Shown piece by piece: positions 44,762 to 54,746 of a stretch of DNA of 64,000 nt. Under the pieces are notes generated by a model that was given only the letters and a program-made list of their open reading frames with translations, made no database searches and had not been told where the DNA came from. The stretch is from Alphaproteobacteria bacterium. Lineage in GTDB: Bacteria > Pseudomonadota > Alphaproteobacteria > G965222575. Position numbers and translations under genes: made by a program. The stretch spans positions 32,001-96,000 of the forward strand of contig OZ244958.1 in the NCBI GenBank assembly GCA_965222575.1, read 5' to 3'. Each line of letters opens with the position of its first letter. Positions within the stretch are counted from its first letter, which is position 1.

Positions 44762-45560
44762 CTCCCAACAGAGAGAACGCAGAGGGAGAAAAGAATCCTT
44801 CAGAGAATTCCCCCAACAGGGAGAACGCAGAGGGAAAAAAGAGGCATCCTTCCCCCAACAGGGAGAACGCAGAGGGAGAGAATGCGTAGGGAGAGAACGC
44901 TGAGGAGAAAAGAGGCATCCTTCCCCCAACAGGGAGAATGCAGAGGGAGAAAAGAGGCATCCTTCCCCCAACAGGGAGAACGCAGAGGGAGGAGAAAAGA
45001 GGCATCCTTCCCCCAACAGGGAGAACGCAGAGGGAGAAAAGAGGCATCCTTCCCCCAACAGGGAGAATGCAGAGGGAGAGAATGCGTAGGGAGAGAACGC
45101 TAGAAGGAGAAAAGAGGCATTTTCCCCCAACAGGGAGAACACAGAGGGAGAGAATGCGTAGGGAGAGAACGCTAGAAGGAGAAAAGAATCCTTCCCCCAA
45201 CAGGGAGAATGCAGAGGGAGAAAAGAGGCATCCTTCCCCAACAGGGAGAAGCAGAGGGAGAAAAGAGGCATCCTTCCCCCAAGAACGCAGAGGGAAAAAA
45301 GAGGCATCCTTCCCCCAACAGAGAGAACGCAGAGGGAGAAAAGAGGCATCCTTCCCCCAACAGAGGGAGAGAATGCAGAGGGAAGGAGAAAAGAGGCATC
45401 CTTCCCCCAACAGGGAGAACGCAGAGGGGAGTCCTTCCCCAAAAGAATGCAGAGGGAGAAAAGAGGCATCCTTCCCCCAACAGGGAGAACGCAGAGGGAG
45501 AAAAGAGGCATCCTTCATCCTTCCCTTCCCCAACAGAGAGAACGCAGAGGGAGAGAACTC
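44762..45560. repeat. Intergenic minisatellite, ~17 imperfect copies of a 42-bp unit
   Basis: Consensus GAGAACGCAGAGGGAGAAAAGAGGCATCCTTCCCCCAACAGG (e.g. 45021-45062), with 15-bp sub-duplications and indels. No unique spacers. Confidence 0.92.
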
Positions 45561-45633
45561 AGAAATTAGTAATTTTAGCCCTCAATCCTGAAAAAAGCAA
45601 AGACTCCAACCAGTGTTTTTTCTTTTGTGAAGA

Positions 45634-45662
45634 TTGACAAAAATCCCCTCTTCTCCTATACT
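45634..45662 (+). promoter_or_regulatory. sigma70 promoter
   Basis: TTGACA-17bp-TATACT upstream of ORF 45705. Confidence 0.7.
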
Positions 45663-45704
45663 TGAGGACGTAAAACTGCAAGCCTTCAACCCGCCGCCTC
45701 CCCC

Positions 45705-46130
45705 ATGCATCGTCTACTCAAAATAGGAAGTGTTGTCTTTATACTGATAGCGTTGATTCTCGGATTCCTAGCCTTCAACCACTATGATAAAAAAGGAGAG
45801 TGGACAGTTGAACTATTAGAAGAGAAAGACCAGAATGAACACTCTTTTTCTCCTGACCAAAAGGAAGGCTCTTCTTTCATTATGTCGTCTCCCTTAGGAG
45901 TCGCTACACTCGCCCTCATTTTCATCATCGCAGCTTTAGTAATATTAGGCCTTCTTATCTTAGGGGGTGTAGTGATTATTGTGGGGTTTCCTTTTTTCTT
46001 ACTCAAGGGTCTCTATGAGAGCATAGGAGGAGAAGGATATCTTATTTATTTAAGTGTTGGGTTATTAGGGTTGGGGATTTGTTCTTGGCTTATTTCAAAA
46101 AGGCTCAAAAAAAGAAAAAAAGCTTCATAA
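45705..46130 (+). CDS. Hypothetical membrane protein
   Basis: Three to four hydrophobic segments; promoter upstream. Confidence 0.65.
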   Translation: MHRLLKIGSVVFILIALILGFLAFNHYDKKGEWTVELLEEKDQNEHSFSPDQKEGSSFIMSSPLGVATLALIFIIAALVILGLLILGGVVIIVGFPFFLLKGLYESIGGEGYLIYLSVGLLGLGICSWLISKRLKKRKKAS

Positions 46131-46214
46131 AGTCTTCTTTACTTGGTAAAAAGAAGGGGGGGTAGGCGTGAAAAATAGCCGCATACGCATAAAAAACTCC
46201 ACTGAAGTGCACTC

Positions 46215-46376
46215 ATGAAGTCATTGGAACATTTAGAAGCCGCTGTAGAGAAGCTGATAGAAGCCTTCAAAGAGGAGAAGGCTAAAGGAGACATTTTAAG
46301 AGAGAGGCAACAGCGTGTTTCTGCTGAGGTTTCTCGTCTGATTACCTTATTAAAGTCTGCCCTTCCTAAGGAATAG
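46215..46376 (+). CDS. Small coiled-coil protein upstream of zapA (ZapB/DUF4164-like position)
   Basis: MKSLEHLEAAVEKLIEAFKEEKAKGDILRERQQRVSAEVSRLITLIKSALPKE* (53 aa, below ORF-track cutoff), ending 2 bp before zapA. Confidence 0.6.
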   Translation: MKSLEHLEAAVEKLIEAFKEEKAKGDILRERQQRVSAEVSRLITLLKSALPKE

Positions 46377-46378
46377 CG

Positions 46379-46645
46379 TTGATGGTTTCCTTATCTATTG
46401 ACAATCGTTTTTTTGAGATTCCTTGCCGTGATGAGGGAGAAGAACAAAAATTGCGGCGTTTAGGGGAGCATTTGGACAGACTCGTCAAAAAAGCCAAGCA
46501 GGCTACCCCCTCTTTGAGTACTGAAGCAGCAATTATTTGCGTGTTGTTTCGGGTGCTTGAGCAAAATGAGGGGCGGGTGTCTTCTGAAGAAATAAGCCAT
46601 GCATTAGAGACTCTGACAACGCGCCTTCTTAATGCCTTGGAATAA
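46379..46645 (+). CDS. zapA: Cell division protein ZapA
   Basis: VSLSIDNRFFEIPC..GEEQKL..L...LD pattern; adjacent to ygfA. Confidence 0.75.
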   Translation: MMVSLSIDNRFFEIPCRDEGEEQKLRRLGEHLDRLVKKAKQATPSLSTEAAIICVLFRVLEQNEGRVSSEEISHALETLTTRLLNALE

Positions 46646-47207
46646 GGAAAAACAACAATACCGGCAGGCGTTATTACAGGATAGAAAACCCTCCCCCTGT
46701 GAAAACGCTATTTGTCAATTTATTAAAAGACAAGTGAACAGAGGACATTTTCGCACCAAGCATGTTGCGTTGTTTTTCCCTCTACCTTACGAAGTGGATT
46801 TACGGGCGCTCATTCCGTTTTTCCTCTCTCAGTCCTGTTGCATTAGCTTCCCTTGTTGTTCCCGCTACACAAAACAACTCTCCTTTCATCCCTATCAAAG
46901 ACAAACATTATGGCGCTTGGATACCATGGGGATTCCCTTCCCACTTACCCCCCCTGCCCCCTCCCCTCCATCTGTCCTCTTCGTCCCCGCCCTAGGCATG
47001 GATAAAAAAGGACACCGTATAGGATATGGAAAAGGATACTATGACGCAACTTTGCGGGCATTAAGACGCAAAGGAAACAACCCCCTAACAGTGGGTGTCA
47101 CAACTAAAATTCTCAAAAATATCCCTTCCTATTTTCAGGATATTCCTCTAAACTGGGGAGTCACCAAAACAGGAGGATTCAAAACACATACATCTCAACG
47201 CTTATAA
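46632..47207 (+). CDS. ygfA: 5-formyltetrahydrofolate cyclo-ligase
   Basis: KQQYRQ..L..R, EVD, VPALGMDKKGHRIGYGKGYYD, DIPL. Confidence 0.92.
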   Translation: MPWNKEKQQYRQALLQDRKPSPCENAICQFIKRQVNRGHFRTKHVALFFPLPYEVDLRALIPFFLSQSCCISFPCCSRYTKQLSFHPYQRQTLWRLDTMGIPFPLTPPAPSPPSVLFVPALGMDKKGHRIGYGKGYYDATLRALRRKGNNPLTVGVTTKILKNIPSYFQDIPLNWGVTKTGGFKTHTSQRL

Positions 47208-47240
47208 TCTCAACGTATCTTAACCGCTCACTCCCCTATC

Positions 47241-48032
47241 ATGCTTCATATAGAAACACTCTGGGCAAACACCGCTCTTGGCAACTACAACTATCTTATC
47301 TGGTGTAATGAAACAAAAGAGTCCCTAGCCCTAGACCCTTGTAATCCCAAACTTTGTCTCAAGAAAGCACAAAAGCTTAACCTGAACATCATCGGCATTC
47401 TCAACACCCACAACCACCACGACCATATAGAGGGAAATAAGGCTATGGTGGAGGCTACGGGGGCACCTATCATAGGCCCTAAAGGCGCTTTAATTGACGG
47501 TATCAAGCAGGAAGTCCAACACAAAGACATGATTCCTATCGGCACATCCTCACTGGAAGTGCTTTGGACACCGGGACATTGTGAACAGCATGTCTCATTT
47601 TATGGGCAAGAAGAAAAGGCACCCTTTCTCTTTTCAGGAGACTTTTTCTTTGCCGGGGGACTTTGTCGCTGTTTTATGCCAAAAGGGCTAGAACTTCTCT
47701 ACCAGACCTTCCAAACCGTCCTTTTGTCTTTGCCAACTTCTACAAAACTCTATTGCGGTCACGACTACCTGAAAAGAAATCTGAACTTTACCCTCTCCCA
47801 CCTAGAACCAGATAATGAAGATATCAAATCCTTATTGTCCACCCTCACAGACCACCCCCTGATTCCCTATACGACAACCTTGGAAGAAGAATCAAGAATC
47901 AATCCTTATCTTAGGCTTTCATCCCCTTCCATCCGCGCAGCTGTTAGTCAAAAAATTTCTCTCAAGACGCCTTCACCACAAGAGATTTTCATTGGCTTGC
48001 GTACTTGGCAGGATGAAATTTTTAACCTGTAA
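47241..48032 (+). CDS. gloB: Hydroxyacylglutathione hydrolase (glyoxalase II)
   Basis: NYNYLI, THNHHDHIEG, TPGH, SGD, CGHDY, EEESRINPYLR. Confidence 0.88.
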   Translation: MLHIETLWANTALGNYNYLIWCNETKESLALDPCNPKLCLKKAQKLNLNIIGILNTHNHHDHIEGNKAMVEATGAPIIGPKGALIDGIKQEVQHKDMIPIGTSSLEVLWTPGHCEQHVSFYGQEEKAPFLFSGDFFFAGGLCRCFMPKGLELLYQTFQTVLLSLPTSTKLYCGHDYLKRNLNFTLSHLEPDNEDIKSLLSTLTDHPLIPYTTTLEEESRINPYLRLSSPSIRAAVSQKISLKTPSPQEIFIGLRTWQDEIFNL

Positions 48033-48090
48033 AAGGCCTCAAACCCCCATGTTGCACAATTCTTGTCCCATCAAGTGCGCACTTGCGACA

Positions 48091-48894
48091 CTATAAGTGC
48101 TTTTTCATGAGCCTACGAACAATTTTCTCTGCTACTAACAAGACCAAACCACGCGGTGCTAAGCGCAGACTAAAAACCCGCAAGTAGTTCCTCTTCCCCA
48201 CAATAACAGAGGCTTTTTTCCCCAAGGCGCAAAAAGCCTTATCCACAACCTGCTGTGGCGTCAACATGGACAGACCACGGGACTTAGACCTATCTCCTCC
48301 GCCACCATGTCTCTTCCAAAAAGGCGTATCCACTGCCCCAGGACAAAGAGCTAGAATATCAACGCCCTTTGAACGAAATTCACAATGTAATGCCTCCGCA
48401 AAAGAAAGCATAAAAGCTTTCCCCGCCCCATAAGTAGAAAAATAAGGCAACGGCTGAAAGCCTGCTGTGCTCGCAACAAAAATCATACCCCCCCTCTTCC
48501 CCGTCTGTTGTGCCCTATCCTTCATCCCCCTAACAAGACCATAAGTAAGCCCCATAGGAGCCATCACATGAGTCATAATCGTCGCCTCATGAACCGCCGC
48601 TTCTAAGTCAGAAAACCCTCCTATTACACCTATACCAGCACTATGAATCACCAAATCAATAGGCTCCTGTCTTGCCGCCTGTAATAAGTCTTCAATCCCC
48701 TGCCTTGTAGCCAAATCCGCCACAACACTCTTCCCCCCTAACTCCTTCTGCAAGTGTTCTAACTTCTCTCTATTACGTCCCGTCAACAGAAGAGAAACCC
48801 CCTCAGAAGACAGCTTGTGCGCAAAAACCTCTCCTATTCCACTCGTAGCCCCAGTAATCAGCGCATAACCATAAGACACTTTCCTTTGCCGCAT
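48091..48894 (-). CDS. Short-chain dehydrogenase/reductase
   Basis: TGATSGIG, YGAGK, LCPGAVDTPF. Confidence 0.92.
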   Translation of the reverse strand: MRQRKVSYGYALITGATSGIGEVFAHKLSSEGVSLLLTGRNREKLEHLQKELGGKSVVADLATRQGIEDLLQAARQEPIDLVIHSAGIGVIGGFSDLEAAVHEATIMTHVMAPMGLTYGLVRGMKDRAQQTGKRGGMIFVASTAGFQPLPYFSTYGAGKAFMLSFAEALHCEFRSKGVDILALCPGAVDTPFWKRHGGGGDRSKSRGLSMLTPQQVVDKAFCALGKKASVIVGKRNYLRVFSLRLAPRGLVLLVAEKIVRRLMKKHL

Positions 48895-49084
48895 GCTTCT
48901 ATCCTCCCTTACTTACCCTCTTAAAGTAGCCACCAAAGAAAGATGTTGTCAAGACAATCCATTCTTCTTCCATCCTGTTAAATGCCCCCCCCTCCGTCAC
49001 AAGAATGATTAAAAAGTAAATAAGGAGAACATTAACAGATTTTCAATCCTCTTGCGATGGTAATAAAAGAAACGAGGTCTCACA

Positions 49085-49594
49085 ATGAACACAGTTGAAA
49101 GTGCACCGATTATGTTTGAAAACTCAACCCTTATCATGGCAGCCCTTGTGGTTGTCGGCGTGTTATTAGTCATTAGGTATCTTTTACACTATCGCCAAAC
49201 CAAATCATCGCCTCTTAACCAAAAGGTAAACGTCAAGTTTCTCAGAGCCTTAGATAGGCGGCGTCACTTAGTACTCATCAATTGGGAGGACAAACAATAC
49301 CGCTGTATCTTAGGTCCTACAGATACCGTTTTAGAGAGTGTGTCTCTAAAAACTAAAAAGGGGAGTGCCCTCCCTCTTTCAGAGTCTCGAGAGAGTGTGT
49401 CTCTAAAAACTAAAAAGGGGAGTGCCCCCCCTCTTTCAGAGTCTCGAGAGAGTGTGCCTCTAAAAACTAAAAAGGGGAGTACCCCCCCTCTTTCAGAGTC
49501 TCGAGAGAGTGTGCCTCTAAAAACTAAAAAGGGGAGTACCCCCCCTCTTTCAGAGTCTCGGAGTAAGAAAAAAAGCGCGAAAATACCGTCTTAA
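49085..49594 (+). CDS. FliO-like membrane protein with C-terminal tandem repeats
   Basis: N-terminal TM helix, then LRALDRRRHLVLINWEDKQYRCILGP, resembling the FliO cytoplasmic beta domain. Confidence 0.55.
   Translation: MNTVESAPIMFENSTLIMAALVVVGVLLVIRYLLHYRQTKSSPLNQKVNVKFLRALDRRRHLVLINWEDKQYRCILGPTDTVLESVSLKTKKGSALPLSESRESVSLKTKKGSAPPLSESRESVPLKTKKGSTPPLSESRESVPLKTKKGSTPPLSESRSKKKSAKIPS
49334..49561 (+). repeat. 57-bp coding tandem repeat x4 (ESVxLKTKKGSxxPLSESR)
   Basis: Units start at 49334, 49391, 49448, 49505. Confidence 0.93.
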
Positions 49595-49611
49595 CCAACG
49601 GGCTCCTTTTT

Positions 49612-50613
49612 TCAGTCCTCTCCGCCAAGAATCTCTAACACTGCCTGATATCCTCTCTCTTTCGCAATATCAAAAGGCCTCCGCCCGCTTTTATCTTGAG
49701 CCTCTTTATCCGCTCCAGCCGTTAAAAGAGTCTCTATTTTTTCCTTGTCATACCCCCAATAAGCAGCCTTATGAAGAGGCGTCTCTCCCTCATGGTTAGG
49801 CACATGCACATTCGCCCCCGCCGCTAGTAGCATCTCCACAATTTCCTTCCCCCGCGCACCATGAAGGGGCGTATTGCCTAACTCGTCTTTCATCCCAACA
49901 TTAGCTCCTGCTACTAAGAGGGCTTTGAGTATCTTCTTATGACCATGTAAAGAAGCACGGTGAAGCGCCGTATCCCCATTCTTGAAGGATATACTCACAT
50001 CCGCCCCCGCTTCCAACAACACCTCTATCACTTCAAAATATTCGTTCCAAAACGTCCTCGTGGCAATATAAAGAGGAGTCGCTCCATTATTATCTAAGAC
50101 ATTACTCTCCGCACCTGCCTCTATGAGGGCTTGGGCTATCTCCGCCTGCCCTAGATAAGACGCTAAGTGAAGAGGCGTCACCCCTGCATCATTTGCAAGC
50201 ATCACAACGGCGGAAGCCTCTAAAAGCCTCTGCACAGTCCCTAAGTGCTGCGATGAAACTGCAAAAGAAAGAGGCGTTGCTCCCTCCTCATTTTGTACAT
50301 TAACCGCCGCCCCCTTTTTCAGAAGAAATACCACCACCTCCTCATGCCCATTCCTAGCCGCACTATAAAGTGGCGTTCTGCCCTCTTCATCCCGTATCCC
50401 AACTGAAACACCCCCTTCCACCAATCCCTTCACCTCCCTAAGGTCACCCCTCTTAGCAGCCATAAAAAGACGAGCCTGACTCTCCGTCAAAAGCACCCCA
50501 CCGCCCTCTTCCTCTACATCCTCCTTATAAGCTTTGAAAAGCGTAACACTCACGCCAACAAAAAGAACAATACCAATAACGGCTATCAAAATCAGAAGAT
50601 GACGCCTTTTCAT
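49612..50613 (-). CDS. Membrane-anchored ankyrin-repeat protein
   Basis: N-terminal TM/signal segment; about eight GxTPLHxA..G repeats. Confidence 0.92.
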   Translation of the reverse strand: MKRRHLLILIAVIGIVLFVGVSVTLFKAYKEDVEEEGGGVLLTESQARLFMAAKRGDLREVKGLVEGGVSVGIRDEEGRTPLYSAARNGHEEVVVFLLKKGAAVNVQNEEGATPLSFAVSSQHLGTVQRLLEASAVVMLANDAGVTPLHLASYLGQAEIAQALIEAGAESNVLDNNGATPLYIATRTFWNEYFEVIEVLLEAGADVSISFKNGDTALHRASLHGHKKILKALLVAGANVGMKDELGNTPLHGARGKEIVEMLLAAGANVHVPNHEGETPLHKAAYWGYDKEKIETLLTAGADKEAQDKSGRRPFDIAKERGYQAVLEILGGED

Positions 50614-50717
50614 AGCCTTTCCTCAAACAATACTCTCATCCCCTTGATGGTAAAGAGTCCCACAGGATTTTGTCAATGAAATTGATAAGGACTCCTCAAA
50701 AAAAGCCATCTCACCTG

Positions 50718-51567
50718 CTATGTATTTTTCTTACTGTTAGAAAGAGAGATATCCATTGTTCGAGATTGCTTCACCGCCGCTTTTATGGCGTCTTGGCACA
50801 AGGTTTTCAATGTCTCTCCAAAGACCTGCAACCCTGCTTCTGTTGTCCCACCACGACTTGCTATGCGTTGTTGGAGGTCATAAAAAGAGAGGGTTTTGTC
50901 TTCTTTGCACCAAGTGTGCTCCATCCAAGCAGCCGTACCTTTGAGAAGATGTTGGGTCAAGAATAAAGAGCGCCATGGAGAAAGCCCTTCCTGTTTGGCC
51001 GCTTCCACCAATGCTTGTAGAAAAGCTGCCACAAAGCCCGCCCCACTCCCTGTAAGAGCTGTTAACACATGCATCTCCTCCTCTTTGTCAAGCCACCAAA
51101 GAGTCCCGCAAAACTTCAAGAGAGTCTCCACCATAGTCTTAACACCAACAGGCTCTTTTGTCACGGCGCCAATGACCCCTTTCCCTTGCCCAACAGCCAT
51201 ATTAGGCATCAACCGCACCACCGCCATAGTCCCTAAAAGCTGTTTTTAAGGACGCCAACGAAACGCCTGCCATGACAGACAGCCCTATACTGCCTATCAT
51301 ATCTTTATAGAGGGGCAACACATCAAGTGCATCTTGCGGCTTCACAGCAAAAAGCACAATGCTTTGTCCTCTTGCCTGCTCAAGGCGCAAGCGTGCCTCT
51401 TGTGAATCTTGTAGGTGACAGACCCCCTTCACTCCTAAAGACCTGTTGTTATTAGTCGTAACAACGGTGATGGATTCTGGAGATAAGACCTTCACAAGCC
51501 CCCTGAGTAAAGCCCCTCCCATATGACCACATCCTACCATCAACAGGGAAAAGGACGACGACATCAT
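50718..51567 (-). pseudogene. proC: Pyrroline-5-carboxylate reductase, split by a frameshift near 51235
   Basis: 5' ORF has GCGHMG, FAVKPQ, SVMAGV. 3' ORF has VVRLMPN, TALTGSG, SRGGTTEAGL. Removing one T of the T4 run (51235-51238) fuses them. Confidence 0.85.
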
Positions 51568-53387
51568 TTTCTGTCAAAGATTTGATGAATATCGCTAAGT
51601 TTTAGCTCAACGAAGGTAGGACGACCATGATTACATTGTCCCGCTAAGACGGTCTTCTCCATTTTTCGTAGCAAAGCATTCATTTCCTCCAAAGACAATT
51701 TTCGCCCCGCCCGCACACTATGGTGACAAGCAATAGAAGACAAGAGCTGCTGAATCTCTGCCGCTAGCCCTGTCTTACTCCCCCACAAGACAAGTTCAGA
51801 GGCTAGTCTTTTCACGAGAGCCTCCATATCACAAGACTCTAAAACCGCAGGAAAAGCTCTCACAACCACAGCCTCTTCCCCAAACGCTTCAAGGAGAAGT
51901 CCCTGTTCTTTCAACGACAGCACCTGATTCACTAAAGCTTCTTTATCTTCCAAAGATAACTGTACAACAAGAGGAACCGCCAAGACTTGTTGTTGAATGC
52001 CCCCTTTCTCCAGTTGTTGCTTCAGTGTTTCCAACACAATGCGTTCATGAGCAGCATGTTGGTCTATGAAAACAATCCCATCAGGTTTTTGTGCAATGAT
52101 ATAGGTGGTATGAATCTGCGCAAGTGCAGTCCCCAAGGGAAGAGACGGCCCCAAAATCTCCTTTGTAACAGGGGGCAAGGGCGCAAGAGTCTTAAGGGCA
52201 CGGGTGACAACAGAAGTAGAAAGATGACGACTTTTCGAAGGGAGAGACCCTAGTGCGGAGGGCCGCAAGCTAGCAGGGAGTGCTTTTGCTACTGCTTGAG
52301 GCATTGTTGTTGTTGGAGAACGTAGTCGGGTCACCGCCTCTTGTGAGAGGTTAGTAGGAGAAATAAGAGGCGCTGATTTGAGAACAGATATCAGAGACTG
52401 TACGATAAAATGAAAAACCCCTTGGGGGTTACGAAACCGTAATTCCTGTTTGGCGGGGTGGACATTCACATCCACCTCCTCAAGCGGCAGGAACAAAGCC
52501 AATAAAACAGGACAGACTTTCCCTTGCCCTACGATACCTTGATAAGCTGTCCGCAGGATTTGTGCGAGGAGTCTATCTCTGATGGGACGTTTATTGACTA
52601 AGACATGCTGGCAACGCGTATCACTCCCATGGAAAGTAGGCACCCCAACAGCACCATAAAGAGAAAACGGCTCTCTTTTAACAGCTACAGGGACAGCATT
52701 GGGAAGAAATTGCCCGTTCATTAAGGTATCGTAGCGCTTAACAGAAGCCTTTGCGAAGGCGAAGTTATCACCTTGCGTATAGGGAACTGTTGGAAGTGTT
52801 AAGACCTCCCTTTTTCCTGACTGTACGCGAAAAGCGATGGAAGGGGCTGATAGTCCTAAAGACTTCACAACATTTAACACTTTATGGCTTTCCGTTGCAT
52901 CAGAACGGAGAAAGCGCCGCCGCGCCGGCAGATTATAAAATAAGTCCTCCACACTCACTGTACACCCTCTATCTCGGGCTACTGGCGCAAGAGGGCTTAC
53001 CCGCCCGCCCCTTACCTCAAGAGACCACCCTCCCTCATTGTCCATAGCAGAAGAAATTTTCATCTTAGAGACCGCTCCAATGGAAGGCAAAGCTTCTCCA
53101 CGAAAACCCCGATACTTGATAGCATGGAACTGATTCTTCTCAAGCTTAGAGGTTGTGTTCGGTAAGGCACACAAAGCCACTTCCTCCTTATTCATGCCCT
53201 TCCCATTGTCTTTTATCACAAGCTTGCTCTTACCCCCCTGTTGCATGGTGATACTCACAGAGGACGCTTGTGCGTCAATAGCGTTATCTACACATTCTCG
53301 TACAATGGAAAACGGCCCTTCAATGACCTCTCCAGCAGCAACCTGAGAAATTTCCAACAGGGAAAGTTTTCGAATACGAGAAGCCAT
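51564..53387 (-). CDS. mutL: DNA mismatch repair endonuclease MutL
   Basis: AAGEVIE, DNAIDA, GFRGEAL, DVNVHPAK, DQHAAHERIVLE, CNHGRPT. Confidence 0.96.
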   Translation of the reverse strand: MASRIRKLSLLEISQVAAGEVIEGPFSIVRECVDNAIDAQASSVSITMQQGGKSKLVIKDNGKGMNKEEVALCALPNTTSKLEKNQFHAIKYRGFRGEALPSIGAVSKMKISSAMDNEGGWSLEVRGGRVSPLAPVARDRGCTVSVEDLFYNLPARRRFLRSDATESHKVLNVVKSLGLSAPSIAFRVQSGKREVLTLPTVPYTQGDNFAFAKASVKRYDTLMNGQFLPNAVPVAVKREPFSLYGAVGVPTFHGSDTRCQHVLVNKRPIRDRLLAQILRTAYQGIVGQGKVCPVLLALFLPLEEVDVNVHPAKQELRFRNPQGVFHFIVQSLISVLKSAPLISPTNLSQEAVTRLRSPTTTMPQAVAKALPASLRPSALGSLPSKSRHLSTSVVTRALKTLAPLPPVTKEILGPSLPLGTALAQIHTTYIIAQKPDGIVFIDQHAAHERIVLETLKQQLEKGGIQQQVLAVPLVVQLSLEDKEALVNQVLSLKEQGLLLEAFGEEAVVVRAFPAVLESCDMEALVKRLASELVLWGSKTGLAAEIQQLLSSIACHHSVRAGRKLSLEEMNALLRKMEKTVLAGQCNHGRPTFVELKLSDIHQIFDRK

Positions 53388-53396
53388 CCTTCCTCC

Positions 53397-53801
53397 TCAA
53401 GAGTCTTCTTCAAGAGACGTGAGTATCAAAGCAGCAGAATTGATACAATACCTAAGTCCCGTAGGATTAGGGCCATCACGAAAAACATGTCCTAGATGAG
53501 CCTCACACCGACGACAAAGGACTTCTTCGCGGCGCCTCCCAGTTGAAAAGTCCGCTTTCGTCATCACCGCTTTTTGCAACGATTGAAAAAAACTTGGCCA
53601 TCCCGTTCCAGAATCATACTTCGCCTTTGAGGAAAACAACGCAAGAGCGCAGCATTTACAGATATAGACTCCCGGCGCGGTTTCCTGATAATATAAGTTC
53701 TGAAAGGGGGGTTCCGTTTGACCACCCCTTGTGACGTCAAATGTCTCCTTATCCAGTATTTTTTTCCAATCCTTTCTCTTATACACTTCAGACATAGACA
53801 A
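53397..53801 (-). CDS. msrB: Peptide methionine sulfoxide reductase MsrB
   Basis: TEPPF, KYDSGTGWPSF, HLGHVF.DGP.PTGLRYCINS. Confidence 0.96.
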   Translation of the reverse strand: MSMSEVYKRKDWKKILDKETFDVTRGGQTEPPFQNLYYQETAPGVYICKCCALALFSSKAKYDSGTGWPSFFQSLQKAVMTKADFSTGRRREEVLCRRCEAHLGHVFRDGPNPTGLRYCINSAALILTSLEEDS

Positions 53802-53883
53802 AAACTCCCAAGTACCCTGTCACATCCCCCTCCTACTACATCTTAGACTATGACATGCTTTCTGTAAATCTCTCTCTCTAAAC

Positions 53884-54621
53884 ATGTCTTCTTTTTTCAT
53901 AGCAGGGAACTGGAAAATGAACGGCTCAAAGGCTCTTGCCCGCGAGATTCTACAGGGACTGCCAGAAGAGCTAGAAGGCATAGAAGTGATTGTATTCCCC
54001 CCTTTCCCCTTATTAGGGGCATGCCGGGAAGGTGCGGTTTCTCTAGGCGGACAAAACTGTGGCCCCAAAGAATCCGGGCCTTATACAGGAGAGGTCAGTC
54101 CTGCTCTACTGAAGGAAGAGGGATGCGATTATGTCTTATTAGGTCACAGTGAACGCCGCCTGCTAGGAGAACCCGTACCACTCATCACACAGAAAATTCA
54201 AGCCGCCTTATCAGCCGGACTAACGCCTATTTTATGCTGTGGAGAAGAGGAAAAAGATATCCAAAACGGCACAATTGAAACCACACTCTCTCACCAGCTA
54301 TCTTCCTTAAAAGAGAGTGTGAAGATGCTCCAAGACAACAAGCCGCTCCTAGTGGCTTACGAACCTGTATGGGCAATCGGAACAGGACAAGTCGCACAGG
54401 TAAAAGACATTATCAACCGAAAACAGTTCATCCAACAGTATCTCCAACACCTGAACATTTCTTCTTTCCATTTTCTCTACGGTGGGTCTGTCACAGGAAA
54501 GACAGTCCCAACACTCATGCAAGCAAGACTCAATGGCTTTTTAATAGGAGGAGCTAGCCTGAAACAAAAGGATTTTTCAGCAATTCTCCTCTCAACAGCT
54601 AAAGTCTTATCTACCCTCTGA
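53884..54621 (+). CDS. tpiA: Triosephosphate isomerase
   Basis: AGNWKMN, GHSERR, AYEPVWAIGTG, YGGSV, GGASL. Confidence 0.96.
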   Translation: MSSFFIAGNWKMNGSKALAREILQGLPEELEGIEVIVFPPFPLLGACREGAVSLGGQNCGPKESGPYTGEVSPALLKEEGCDYVLLGHSERRLLGEPVPLITQKIQAALSAGLTPILCCGEEEKDIQNGTIETTLSHQLSSLKESVKMLQDNKPLLVAYEPVWAIGTGQVAQVKDIINRKQFIQQYLQHLNISSFHFLYGGSVTGKTVPTLMQARLNGFLIGGASLKQKDFSAILLSTAKVLSTL

Positions 54622-54746
54622 TAATAGACCCCCTAACCCTATGAATTTTCTTCCCTTTATATATTTAACGCTAAGCCCTCTTGCCAATAAAAGAAAATCA
54701 TTGTATAAATTATTGTACAACCTGTTAACAGTATCGCATGGGCGAT

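Noticed and set aside
44762-45560. Possible CRISPR array for the type I-C system
   Set aside because: Units are contiguous with no unique spacers, vary by indels and lack an ATTGAAAC-type end. The real array is probably beyond the left edge.
44715-45637. Several overlapping ORFs of 73-272 aa across the minisatellite
   Set aside because: The repeat unit has no stop codons, so most frames stay open; frame-shifting indels argue against coding.
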